Assembly: GCA_029560465.1 (NCBI GenBank)
Contig: JAKQKX010000045.1
Span: forward strand, 152,260-216,259
Direction of reading: 5' to 3'
Origin: Candidatus Omnitrophota bacterium
GTDB lineage: Bacteria > Omnitrophota > Gorgyraeia > Zapsychrales > JANLHA01
DNA length: 64,000 nt
In this document: piece by piece, positions 40,401 through 49,152 of the stretch
Layout: every line of letters starts with the position of its first letter
Position numbering within the stretch: the stretch's first letter is position 1
Notes under the pieces: model-generated
Told to the model about the DNA's origin: nothing
Seen by the model: the letters and a program-made list of their open reading frames with translations, nothing else
Databases searched by the model: none
Position numbers and translations under genes: made by a program

Positions 40401-43400
40401 CATCCGGAGCGAATAACGCCTGATACACAACCCTCCGGGCGTCTTCCGTTTCCAGCCCTGTCCCTTCCAGGTCGCTTAACAATAATTCTTCCGGCTTCCC
40501 TTCCTCTAAATAAGCGCTAAACTTCCCGCTCACCGGCTTGCCTTTCTCGGTATCCAGGTATCCACGTTCCTTTAACCGGTCCACCAGGGCCTGAAACGCG
40601 CTCTCCACCGGCTGCCCTTCCGCGTTAATATATCCCGCGTCAGCAAACATTTGCTGAATCCGCTGGCGCTCCACCGCGTTTTCGATCCCCGCGATCGTGC
40701 TCATAAAATCCGCTTCCGTGATCGCCACTTTCTTTAAGGCATAAAGGTTCGCGTGGTCTGATCCCGCGCCGTAAAACAGATTCATCGGCTGGTTCGCGTT
40801 AAGTTCCGCGAGATAAAAAATTACCGTTTCCCCATCCGCGGAAAACAAGTCCAGCATTTCTTTGGGAAGTGTGGTGTACTGCACAAACGGCTTTAAATAC
40901 TTCTCAAAAATCACCCATGTAAACGCCTCCCGGATCGACAGCGAACTTAAATCCGGTTTCCGGGTCGGGTCGCTGTTGTCGATCATAATCACGACCTTGT
41001 CAATCTTATTCTTAATGATCGCTTCCAGGATCATCCAGATGTGCCCGGATTGCCACGGGTCGCCTTTCATGGGCCAAAACAAGACATTCGGAACCGTCCG
41101 CTCTCCTGTCAGCTTTATCGGGGTCCCCTCCGGCTCTTCCATGGACACCCGCACATTCACCTGTTCCGGGAATATCTCCCGGGCCTTGACCAGCTGCGCA
41201 ACCTGGGCCAACTGATCGGCAAACACCGCGTACGTGTCGTCATTCAGCTCCTGCAGGATCCGCTCTTCCGACACGCCCGTGGTTTCCGCTAAAAACGGCA
41301 CCAGCGACATCATCGTGTCATACGACTGCCCGAAATTGCGCGCCAAGTCCCCCACGACTTCGTCAGTCGACAGCTGTGCAAACTGCTGCGAAACCGGCGA
41401 GGACGGACGAACGACCACCTGGCCCCGCTCCCGCACGATTCTTTCCAAAGCGGTGAAAACATCCAACTGCGGCCAGCGTGAAGGAAAAGTTATCGGTTCC
41501 GCTTTCAGGGTCGCCCTGTCATAGCGGTCCGTTTCTGAAGCCGACAAAGACGCGATCAGAACATCAGCCATGACTCTGGCGTTGGATTTCCTGTTAAATT
41601 CATATTGTGTCCGGGAATGTTCAACAAAGGCCCGGGTTTCGTCGCTCAACTCGGGGAAATAATGCTCGCCGATTTCTTTTAAGGTACGCCCTCCCTGCAC
41701 CATACGGGAAATATCCGCGTTGAGCCTTGACAGAAATGCCGCGGCCTGCGCCTCGGTCACCCCGCCTCTTCCCTGCGACCCCACCACATATCCGAGGTAA
41801 TGACGAACCCGCAACTCCGCGTACTGCTGGCCGAAGGGGCTGAGATCCTGGAACCGGATCGTGCCGGCCGCGATCGGAGACGATAAAGCCGCCTGATCCA
41901 GGAGGGCAAGGTCCGCTTTGTTTAATTTCTCTAAAAGCGCGTCTTCGGCTTTCATTAACGCCTCGGCCAGCCGGAAGCTGTAACTTTCCTCGACGATCTC
42001 ATTGGCCACATCCACTAAAGCCGTCAACTGGGCCCCAATTTTTCCTGCGATATCAGCCGGCAAAGCGTTCCGGCTGGCCCAAAAAAGCACCCCCAGGATC
42101 TTGTTCTCCCGGGCCAGTGCGCTCTCGGCGACTGCACGGTTCGCATCCGCGTAAGAAGATCTGTCGCCGTAATTAAGAGCAACACGTTGAAACTCCTCAA
42201 TATTATCCTGGTACAATTTCAAAATTTCCGGAGACACCACCACCGGCGAAGCCACCACATCCGGGGCTTCAATATCCGCAGCCGTCACAACACTCTTCGC
42301 CGCCAATGTCGCTGAGGGGTTTTCCGCCAGGATCGCCGATACCTGAACCACAGGGCTGGAAATGTTCAAGCCCTGATCTACCCTCGCCCGTAAAGGAGAT
42401 GACAGCGGGATATCCTCAAGGTCCACTGCCCGGACCGCGCTTGACATGGCAGACGCATCAAACCCGCCGGAGAAATATTTACGCGGGATGACCTGTTTCG
42501 TCGACATGTCGTAATCTTCCCGGATATAGTTATAGACCCCCTTCCGGAAAGCCTCTAAATACTGGTCATAAATCTTCTGTTTAACCTCCCGGTCATCAAC
42601 ATCAACCCCTTTAATCTTTCCTTTATTCACATACACCTGGCCGAGCAGGGTCGCCCGCAAATTCTGTTTATACCAGGTCGCTAAAATCATGGAATTGTAG
42701 ATCTGCCGGAGCTTGGCGAAATTTTTTCCTTCATTCACCTCTTTTTCAATCTCCGGCAGGAGGATTTCCCGGACGACATCCGAAGAAACTTTACTTAAAG
42801 TTTTAACATAATCTTCCGTGATCTTGGTCGTGCCGAGTTTCTGGTTATCCAGATTTTTCTCCAAGGCAAGGTAATCTTCTTCCAGCATCACCTTCAAATG
42901 GCTGTCCACGACAAAAGCGCTGCCGTTATGTTCCACGACCAAAGCGTCTTGAGGCACGATCCACACTTTATTAAAGGTGTTGATCGGAATATTGGTTGTG
43001 CCGTATTCCTTGGCCGCGCGGTCGTACACTCTTTGCCAAAATTCCTGACCCAAATCCTGTTCCGGATAAATCAACGACGCGACAAGCTGTTTGAGCATAT
43101 AATCCTGGGCCAGGAGGTCACGGCCCATTTCCGTGAACCCGAACCCTTCGGGGATAATCCGGTCGCTTTCATACGGAGAGAGGTTCACCCACAAATCTTC
43201 TTCAGGGATCGTCAACGTCGCCAGGAAATATTTAATAAGCTTATTAGACTCTTCTTCCAGGTCCTTCCCGGTCAATTCGTCCTTGCCGGAATCAATAATA
43301 AAATCGAATTTCAAAGGGTTTTCTGGGTCGATCTTAATGCCTTTCAGGCATGCTGGCGTGTACACATCGCTTTTCAGCACCATTGACCCGGGCATCGGCA

Positions 43401-43542
43401 GGCCTAGAATCCCTTTCCGGGGTTCCGCGGCCGAAAGTGTCACAGGAGGCAGAATGAGTCCCGCTAAGAAAGAATAACTCATAAATGACACCAAAAGTTT
43501 ATACGGCCATTGGGTACGACAGTTTCGAAAATAGCTAAACAT
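37414..43542 (-). CDS. Giant exported modular protein (about 2042 aa), Omnitrophota-type, with SSP-delimited modules including a nucleotidyltransferase-like and two REC domains
   Basis: SD AGGAGGAG before ATG 43542; signal-like N-terminus; N-domain (PENPLKFDFIID...KYFSGG); C-terminal GGINLNPALLNLQIKRD; ten SSP[VLI] motifs. Confidence 0.9.
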   Translation of the reverse strand: MFSYFRNCRTQWPYKLLVSFMSYSFLAGLILPPVTLSAAEPRKGILGLPMPGSMVLKSDVYTPACLKGIKIDPENPLKFDFIIDSGKDELTGKDLEEESNKLIKYFLATLTIPEEDLWVNLSPYESDRIIPEGFGFTEMGRDLLAQDYMLKQLVASLIYPEQDLGQEFWQRVYDRAAKEYGTTNIPINTFNKVWIVPQDALVVEHNGSAFVVDSHLKVMLEEDYLALEKNLDNQKLGTTKITEDYVKTLSKVSSDVVREILLPEIEKEVNEGKNFAKLRQIYNSMILATWYKQNLRATLLGQVYVNKGKIKGVDVDDREVKQKIYDQYLEAFRKGVYNYIREDYDMSTKQVIPRKYFSGGFDASAMSSAVRAVDLEDIPLSSPLRARVDQGLNISSPVVQVSAILAENPSATLAAKSVVTAADIEAPDVVASPVVVSPEILKLYQDNIEEFQRVALNYGDRSSYADANRAVAESALARENKILGVLFWASRNALPADIAGKIGAQLTALVDVANEIVEESYSFRLAEALMKAEDALLEKLNKADLALLDQAALSSPIAAGTIRFQDLSPFGQQYAELRVRHYLGYVVGSQGRGGVTEAQAAAFLSRLNADISRMVQGGRTLKEIGEHYFPELSDETRAFVEHSRTQYEFNRKSNARVMADVLIASLSASETDRYDRATLKAEPITFPSRWPQLDVFTALERIVRERGQVVVRPSSPVSQQFAQLSTDEVVGDLARNFGQSYDTMMSLVPFLAETTGVSEERILQELNDDTYAVFADQLAQVAQLVKAREIFPEQVNVRVSMEEPEGTPIKLTGERTVPNVLFWPMKGDPWQSGHIWMILEAIIKNKIDKVVIMIDNSDPTRKPDLSSLSIREAFTWVIFEKYLKPFVQYTTLPKEMLDLFSADGETVIFYLAELNANQPMNLFYGAGSDHANLYALKKVAITEADFMSTIAGIENAVERQRIQQMFADAGYINAEGQPVESAFQALVDRLKERGYLDTEKGKPVSGKFSAYLEEGKPEELLLSDLEGTGLETEDARRVVYQALFAPDVPRKLLNKMTAGEQGLRGFQARKDIQKMNIIFSQRVGEEVDETLLQAYEAKLAGELNARGLPRLGLSTITQPMDTSSTDVRKRGQFWKVPWVSLQVANAFKMWGYETDELRAQQEAKAEELIEITSGGLGDITVRGDAFREEALGQIREKLRTLNGLGLTTFDNFVVQQIVYQSQVAVIAVWLHKVRGLIFAQARDLVELAIENPLPIRGQDQERMRDLLMGGRVVPPAVVKEYYEARSQQGQSLEPEAVAAELGVIPELVRATLLSSPVIKKILVVDDTEEVRNLTKDVFSTIFSGAEVITAVNGEEGLRTFRENPDIDLVVTDLEMPAMNGEQMARTIRSERDIPVVLVSGNYSEVERLSKVDEASGLKSGIFTEVIQKPYQLKTVIDLKGRLASSPLNKILVVDDNDGMRLLLRDELGDIFTEAEIITAANGEEGLSLFRENPDIGLVVTDLQMPVMNGEQMARTIRSERDVPVVLMTGDSREMARLSVVDEGSGLKSGLFLEVVEKPFNFDTIAALKDQLSSSSPVLQSITLDTEDLDLIGDVLAVDREVYGLQDAWAYSAITVLLANQLKYPEAMPPLRPAARIIGIKWQDGAYPIEDAMFRLLPASLAAGYGLFDAVSYRALKEAIDLERAGQFDQAENKLTEIDGIDKAKADQILKMAAAVFNSSVALSIDNDLDLQMTMLGAGRAERMPLVDLVTVSQSSPLQLTAENKEKLNVLLNEVEAVLQRVETEAVEDRVVLEQIRKEAAGIIEEVGAILSDFALEQELGKTTPAEEALRLQQVMDTMAQIELTAGPLAETDLAAEEDVSSPVQVVEKTMGKFQLQNRATRELLDGFVNGSIERNTAGRQLNQLLRSERRARGVSAGGVLNFAQRLNGQLEAQSSPLGGINLNPALLNLQIKRDNKGIPLPLPQQPVGDMNIDGFVPVIINITPIPNLPMLLGRNLGEAPAQGGHRVPVEEERQKRQPQPSEKTGVQFFFDDKDQLSLLNYN

Positions 43543-43774
43543 GTGCGTTCTCCTCCTGATTTTTGAGAATTTGAAAATGAAATACGACAAGATTTGTCAA
43601 AAAATCTTGGGACAGGGTGATTTGAAAGGGTAGATTAAATATATCATATCTTATTAATAGGGGCAAGTTTCGGATTAAAATTAAATTTTTTGATTTCAAA
43701 GAGTTATGAAAGATATCTATCTTTTGTGAAAAATAAACTCCAAGACAGAGCTTGAACAAAGAAAGGGCGGGATG

Positions 43775-44248
43775 TTAGTAGCTGTTCAGCTTCTCTTGCG
43801 CTATGTGAAAGTCGGCCGTCAGCCCGGCCTTTAAACGCTTTTCCGCTGACTGACCCGCGTTTATTTCCAAGACATACAAAGCCGGCTGAACCGGCCCATA
43901 CACCGGACAAGGGTCGCTTTCGCAAGGAGGGACACGCTCTTCTATATGAATAATGCAGCGATTTTGATCCAGCCAGATAATATCCAGTGGGATTAAGGTG
44001 TCTTTCATCCAAAACCCGTAAGCAGAACTCACCGGAAAAACAAAAAGCATCCCCTGATCCAGGGCCATTTGGGGGCGATGCTGCAGTCCTCTCTGCCGGG
44101 TTCCCGGTGTTAACGCCAGCTCCACCTCATAGCAGTCCCCGGAAAAACACACCCGGTCCTGGGACACCGCGCTCCGGCAGGAAAAAAGCAACGGCAACAC
44201 CAGCACGGCAACAATCCCAAACCGTCTTTGTCGCAGGGCCTTCCTCAT
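43775..44248 (-). CDS. DUF192 family protein
   Basis: VELALTPGTRQRGLQHR...GMLFVF...FWMKDTLIPLDIIW...YVLEINAG. Confidence 0.92.
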   Translation of the reverse strand: MRKALRQRRFGIVAVLVLPLLFSCRSAVSQDRVCFSGDCYEVELALTPGTRQRGLQHRPQMALDQGMLFVFPVSSAYGFWMKDTLIPLDIIWLDQNRCIIHIEERVPPCESDPCPVYGPVQPALYVLEINAGQSAEKRLKAGLTADFHIAQEKLNSY

Positions 44249-44250
44249 AG

Positions 44251-45036
44251 TCAAATATCATTCCCCGTTAAGTTCAGATAATCCTTGAACCGCAACTCCC
44301 CTGTGATCGCCTGGTGCACGATCCCCATCCTTTCGGAAAGATACGGGTGGGTCCGGAAATAATTAATCGGCTGCGCCGGAGCCCTCTCTCCTTCCTTCTT
44401 CAGGATCTCCAGCACCTTGATCATCTCCTGGGGATCATATCCGGCCTTTTTCATGTATTTCACGGCCAGACGGTCGGCTTCAAACTCATCCTGCCGGGAA
44501 TAAGCAAAAAAGATGCTGGTATAAATCGCGTTCACGCCCACCACGGCGTCCGCGTCCTGGGAGGCGATGGCCAGCCCCTGTAATAACGCATACCCATACA
44601 GACTCTGCATCCTCTTAATTCCATGGCGGGCTGTAATGTGCCCCAGTTCATGGGCGACAACACCCGCGATCTGGTCATCCTTTTCCATCTTATCAATCAA
44701 TCCGCGGAAAACATACACATATCCACCCGGGAGGCTCACCGCGTTGACCTTATCCTCATCAATCACCCGGATCGTGTAAACCAGGTCTTTCCGGTCGACC
44801 ACCGGCACCAGGCGGGCGAGGATCGATTCCATCCTCTGGTTCAGCTCCAGATCACGGCTTATTTCGTAATTCCGCTCGACCTGACGGGCGACAGCGTCCC
44901 CGACATTAATTTCTTTTTCCGTCCCATACATGAGCCGCTCTTCCCGTCCCGTGGCGAGATTATATTCCGAAGCGCAGCCCCCGGCCGCCCAGACGCATCC
45001 CCACAAAAAAATAATCCAACGCGCCTTCCTTCTCAT
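44251..45036 (-). CDS. M48-family metallopeptidase, probable lipoprotein
   Basis: AAGGC lipobox-like motif; NAVSLPGG; AHELGH; YSRQDEFEAD; THP; start reassigned to ATG 45036. Confidence 0.92.
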   Translation of the reverse strand: MRRKARWIIFLWGCVWAAGGCASEYNLATGREERLMYGTEKEINVGDAVARQVERNYEISRDLELNQRMESILARLVPVVDRKDLVYTIRVIDEDKVNAVSLPGGYVYVFRGLIDKMEKDDQIAGVVAHELGHITARHGIKRMQSLYGYALLQGLAIASQDADAVVGVNAIYTSIFFAYSRQDEFEADRLAVKYMKKAGYDPQEMIKVLEILKKEGERAPAQPINYFRTHPYLSERMGIVHQAITGELRFKDYLNLTGNDI

Positions 45037-45620
45037 AATAAAGACACCCCACATTGTTGAAGCATCCTCCGGAGTTTCGCCATCGGCAAACCGATCACGT
45101 TGGTGTAACAACCTTCAATACGACCAATGAACAAACCGCCCACGCCTTCGATATTATAGCCACCGGCTTTATCCAAAGGAGAAATCTTCCGATGATAACG
45201 GCTGATTTCTTCCGGCGACAAAGGCTGCATAAACACTTTCGTTTTCTCGTAATCCACGATCCGCCGCCCCTTGGCAACATCCACAACCGCGACCCCCGTG
45301 TAAACCCAGTGCGGCAAACGGCATAAACGGAGGAGGACCTCGGCCGCTTCCTGGACGTGACGGGGTTTCCCGACCACGTTTTTATCCCCATCGAACACGA
45401 TGGTATCCGCGGCGATCACAACCCCCTCTTTCAGGCGCGAAGCGACATCGTTCGCTTTCAAAAGGGCGTTGTATTTAACCAAGGCCGGACGGGTCGACGT
45501 CAGGAGATGCCGCTCCTGTACCCGGCTTGGCGAAACTTCAAACGTCAGGCCGGCTTCTCTCAAAAGCTTTTCCCTGCGCTGAGACGCAGACGCTAAAATG
45601 ATTTTAAACGGTGGTTTCAT
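45033..45620 (-). CDS. maf: Maf-family nucleoside triphosphate pyrophosphatase
   Basis: IILASASQRREKLL, AADTIV, GKP, DKAGGY, NVIGLP. Confidence 0.95.
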   Translation of the reverse strand: MKPPFKIILASASQRREKLLREAGLTFEVSPSRVQERHLLTSTRPALVKYNALLKANDVASRLKEGVVIAADTIVFDGDKNVVGKPRHVQEAAEVLLRLCRLPHWVYTGVAVVDVAKGRRIVDYEKTKVFMQPLSPEEISRYHRKISPLDKAGGYNIEGVGGLFIGRIEGCYTNVIGLPMAKLRRMLQQCGVSLL

Positions 45621-45638
45621 AGGGCTCCTGCCGGCGCA

Positions 45639-46205
45639 TTATTTATCCCGCAAAAAATCAGCGGCCGTAAAAAAAGAAATCAGTTGGCACCCCCGGGCCG
45701 CCAAAGCCTCTTTCGCCCCCTCCTGCCGGTCCACAAGGCAAACCGCGGTGCGGGATTTAAAACCAGCTTGGGCCAGGACATCCAGGGATTGCAAAAAAGC
45801 TTTTCCGGTCGTCGCAACATCATCCACCAACAGGCAGTCCGCCCCTTCCGGCAGCAACGGGCCTTCTATCTGCTGCTGTTTCCCGTGCGCTTTGGGGGCC
45901 TTGCGGATAATAAAAGTTTTCAGGCAACAATTGTCCTGATGGGCTAAAACATTAAGCGCTCCCAAGAGGGGGTCCGCGCCCAGGGTGGGCCCGCCGATAG
46001 CGTCAAAATTCCGCCGCCGGGCGAAATCCCAAATCATCCTGGCGGCATAGTAGACTCCTTCCGACAGGAGCGTGACCCTTCTGGCGTCAATATAGTAATC
46101 GCTTTCTTTACCGGATGATAAAATGATCTTCTCCCGGAAAAAAGCCTGCTCTTTAAGAATGGAAAAAAGCTTCTCTTTGTCCTGCTTGTCTACGGAATGG
46201 CTCAC
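45639..46205 (-). CDS. pyrE: Orotate phosphoribosyltransferase
   Basis: LSSGKESDYYID, IRKAPKAHG, LVDDVATTG, VDRQEG. Confidence 0.95.
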   Translation of the reverse strand: MSHSVDKQDKEKLFSILKEQAFFREKIILSSGKESDYYIDARRVTLLSEGVYYAARMIWDFARRRNFDAIGGPTLGADPLLGALNVLAHQDNCCLKTFIIRKAPKAHGKQQQIEGPLLPEGADCLLVDDVATTGKAFLQSLDVLAQAGFKSRTAVCLVDRQEGAKEALAARGCQLISFFTAADFLRDK

Positions 46206-46232
46206 GGCAAAAAATCCTTTCGTTCAAATGGC

Positions 46233-46580
46233 CTAAGAATAACAGGGCGAGCCGGTTTCCGGGACTTCAAGCCGGCGCCGCTTGATTTCGTTGAACAATC
46301 TGACCCGGAAATAAATCAATTCTTTAAACTTTATGTATTCATTTTTATTAAACCCCGCCGTCCGGCTGAAGGCCGTGCTGGCTTCCAGGTCAACGAGGAC
46401 ATCCACGTAAATTTCCAGCAATTTTTCGTCAGACAAGGCCCGGACCGCCTGTTGGTCAAGGATCGTGACGGAATATAAAAATCCCTGCGCCGCGACCGCG
46501 CTTGAATTTCCAAAAACCAGCGCCATGGCCAAAAGACTGACCCCCGCCAACATCTTTAATCCCGATACGATCTCTTTCAT
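46233..46580 (-). CDS. Exported hypothetical protein
   Basis: Signal peptide; SD GGGGG. Confidence 0.7.
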   Translation of the reverse strand: MKEIVSGLKMLAGVSLLAMALVFGNSSAVAAQGFLYSVTILDQQAVRALSDEKLLEIYVDVLVDLEASTAFSRTAGFNKNEYIKFKELIYFRVRLFNEIKRRRLEVPETGSPCYS

Positions 46581-46733
46581 GGATACCCCCCGCGCAAAAA
46601 CCGTTTCAGCATTTTTCTATTTTCTCACCGGTTGCCTGATAAAACAACTTTTTTAAAGATATCTTAGGCCGGGAGAAGTCTGTCCGGGCGATGGAAGATG
46701 TCGGCAGGAGAAGGTTGTCCGCGAGCTCCCCTC

Positions 46734-46916
46734 TCACTTCTTAATACCGCATTTCCTAAAAACCACCATCATCGGGCACCAGTCCGTGAACGCCGATTGA
46801 AAAAGATTGATGCCCACGAAAGCCGTAAACCACAGCCAACGCGTGTCCACATAATGCGCGAGAAGCAAGCTTAAAATGATAACAAACCCGGCTATGCCCC
46901 GCAAGGCTCTTTCCAT
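46734..46916 (-). CDS. DUF2892 (YgaP-like) membrane protein
   Basis: ERALRGIAG...FVGINLFQSAFTDWCPM. Confidence 0.9.
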   Translation of the reverse strand: MERALRGIAGFVIILSLLLAHYVDTRWLWFTAFVGINLFQSAFTDWCPMMVVFRKCGIKK

Positions 46917-46963
46917 AGAAACCTCCCCTCTATACCGGCCGAGCCGCCAAAGGCCAGCCCGCC

Positions 46964-48244
46964 TTAAAAACTGTATCGCACCCTCACAAACGCGTTTTTA
47001 TTCTTCGCCATCATCCCAAAATCCGTGATCATATCTTCACCCCACGGGATATTGACCCCGACAACCAGTTTCCACTGATCGGACATATCATACGCGCATG
47101 ACGCCCGGGCATATCCGTCCCTGTCCGAAGGCGACCAGAAATTGAAAAGCCCCAACATCACTGTCTGGTTTTTATAAAGTTTGGTTATCCTCTGGGTCAA
47201 AAGGTGGCGGCGCTCATCCCAGAAATAATCGTACGGAAGAAGCGCGGCCTGGTATTCGGCATAATCGAGCTTCTGCTCATAAAGATACTGCCCCCCGACT
47301 TTAAGGTCATGCCCCAGGTCTTTCTCATAACCCACCATCCCTTTAAACATGGAGTTCTCAACCAGGCGATTGGTCCCGTTGGGGTCTTGGCGCGACCGGT
47401 AATACCCCACTTCCGCGTGGCTTATCCCGCCGGCAAAAGGGCTCCGGACGCTCGCGCCATACGCGTCCAGGCGCTCATAAAAAAGCTGCCGGTTGGCTTC
47501 ATCCAAATAACTCCTCGGCGAAGGGTCAAACCCGCGGTAATAATATAACGCGCCTTCCATGCTGCCGAAAGTCCGGTAGACACGCAGCGCGTATTGCATA
47601 TTCTCCGCCTGCAAAGCCGGTTTAACGGCGTTACGGTCGCTTTCCCTGCCCGCGATCCCTCCCTGAAAACTGTCAAAGAAAGAAAGCCGGTCTCCTTCCG
47701 GCATGGTATTGGGGGTAAAATGGGGGATAACCACAAAATCGATATTGGCTATTTTGGGATAAGCCGAAACGCGCAGGGCATCAGAAGGTTTTTTCAAATA
47801 TTCATCATCCCTGCCGATGTAAAATGAGACGTAATCTTTGGGAAACAAATCATTGATAAAAAGATAATCTCCGGTGCCCCAGGTTAAGACCTGCCGGCCG
47901 GCTTTGATGTCCACGGCGCCGGCCGGGCTAAAAGCGACATGACACTCCCGCACTTCGTAAGAGCCGCTGGCTCCAAAATATTCATCGAGAAGGAAATCGC
48001 CCTTATAAGTCAGCACACCGTTCCAGCGGGACAGCGCGTTCTCCCCCGGGATCCGGTAACGAGTCTTTAACTGCCACCGCTGCTCAAGCATATTATAATT
48101 TTGATGCTTGGTCAGGGAATCACGGCTGACCCTGCCGCCGTACGCTTGCTCGACGAACCCGTGCCATGAAGGAAGATCAACCGCCTGCGCGCAGGCAACG
48201 GTCAAAGAAAAAAACGCCAGGACGGTCAAAAACGCGCGCCGCAT
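46964..48244 (-). CDS. Outer-membrane beta-barrel (DUF1302-like)
   Basis: Signal peptide; GRQVLTWG; C-terminal VRVRYSF barrel signature. Confidence 0.75.
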   Translation of the reverse strand: MRRAFLTVLAFFSLTVACAQAVDLPSWHGFVEQAYGGRVSRDSLTKHQNYNMLEQRWQLKTRYRIPGENALSRWNGVLTYKGDFLLDEYFGASGSYEVRECHVAFSPAGAVDIKAGRQVLTWGTGDYLFINDLFPKDYVSFYIGRDDEYLKKPSDALRVSAYPKIANIDFVVIPHFTPNTMPEGDRLSFFDSFQGGIAGRESDRNAVKPALQAENMQYALRVYRTFGSMEGALYYYRGFDPSPRSYLDEANRQLFYERLDAYGASVRSPFAGGISHAEVGYYRSRQDPNGTNRLVENSMFKGMVGYEKDLGHDLKVGGQYLYEQKLDYAEYQAALLPYDYFWDERRHLLTQRITKLYKNQTVMLGLFNFWSPSDRDGYARASCAYDMSDQWKLVVGVNIPWGEDMITDFGMMAKNKNAFVRVRYSF

Positions 48245-48248
48245 CCCG

Positions 48249-49037
48249 TCACTCCTTCAGCCACTGCTGCGGCGGGTTGCGCAGGAAACGCTCGGTGAAG
48301 ATATCATCCGTTAGCCCCACATCGTAAGCCACCTCGCTGAATTCCGTGATGGTATGAGAATTGGCGTTCAAATCCGCAGCCTTCATCTTGGTGACTGTCG
48401 GGTAACCCTGAATATCTTTGACCTCAAGGGCCTCGATCGTGCGGTACAATTTCCCGGATTTATCGTAATACTCCGCCATCATAGGGACAAAATTATTCTT
48501 GTCTATTTTCATCATGTAATAAGAAAACTCGACGGACGCGGCATCCTTAGGGACATTCTTGATAATGTAGTGCGCGGCATCGCTGGCGGACAATTCGTGA
48601 GTATCCAAGTCCATGGAACGCCCGGATATGTCCTCGTATAAGAATGTCGTCCCCGCGAAGCTCGAGCGCTTGTCGGAGGCGGCGATCCGGCGCACCAGAT
48701 CCATGGCCGGCAGATACAGCCAGCGGTCGTCATCCTTGCCGCCGGCATGCTTCCAGACGATATAGCTCATGCCTTTAACGTCATTGGGCTTATGGAAATA
48801 AACAAAATACTTCTGATCGCCGCCCTCCTGGATATTCAGTTTTAATATGGTCAGCTGGCGCTGCCGGGTGCGGCCCTGGGCGTCGGTCACCACCATCGTG
48901 GCCTTGGCGTTGCCGTCCTTCCCTTGATAATACGAGCGGTTATTCGCCTTAGCGACAATCTCATCAACGGTCAGATCCTGGGCCCACGCCGCGCTCACCC
49001 CAAAAAACATGACCAACAGGACAAAAAATTTTTTCAT
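48249..49037 (-). CDS. Outer-membrane lipoprotein-sorting (LolA-like) protein
   Basis: P.DVKG, DDRWLYLPAMDLVRRIAASDKRSSFAGT.F.YED; start reassigned to ATG 49037. Confidence 0.88.
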   Translation of the reverse strand: MKKFFVLLVMFFGVSAAWAQDLTVDEIVAKANNRSYYQGKDGNAKATMVVTDAQGRTRQRQLTILKLNIQEGGDQKYFVYFHKPNDVKGMSYIVWKHAGGKDDDRWLYLPAMDLVRRIAASDKRSSFAGTTFLYEDISGRSMDLDTHELSASDAAHYIIKNVPKDAASVEFSYYMMKIDKNNFVPMMAEYYDKSGKLYRTIEALEVKDIQGYPTVTKMKAADLNANSHTITEFSEVAYDVGLTDDIFTERFLRNPPQQWLKE

Positions 49038-49152
49038 ATCCCCTCCCATGTTAAAAGTCAATAATCCTACTCTCCTCGTCATTTCAAAAGCCGGCCCATC
49101 TACCCCCCGATCCACCCGCACAAGAACACCCTCCCGTCCGATACGCCTGGGA

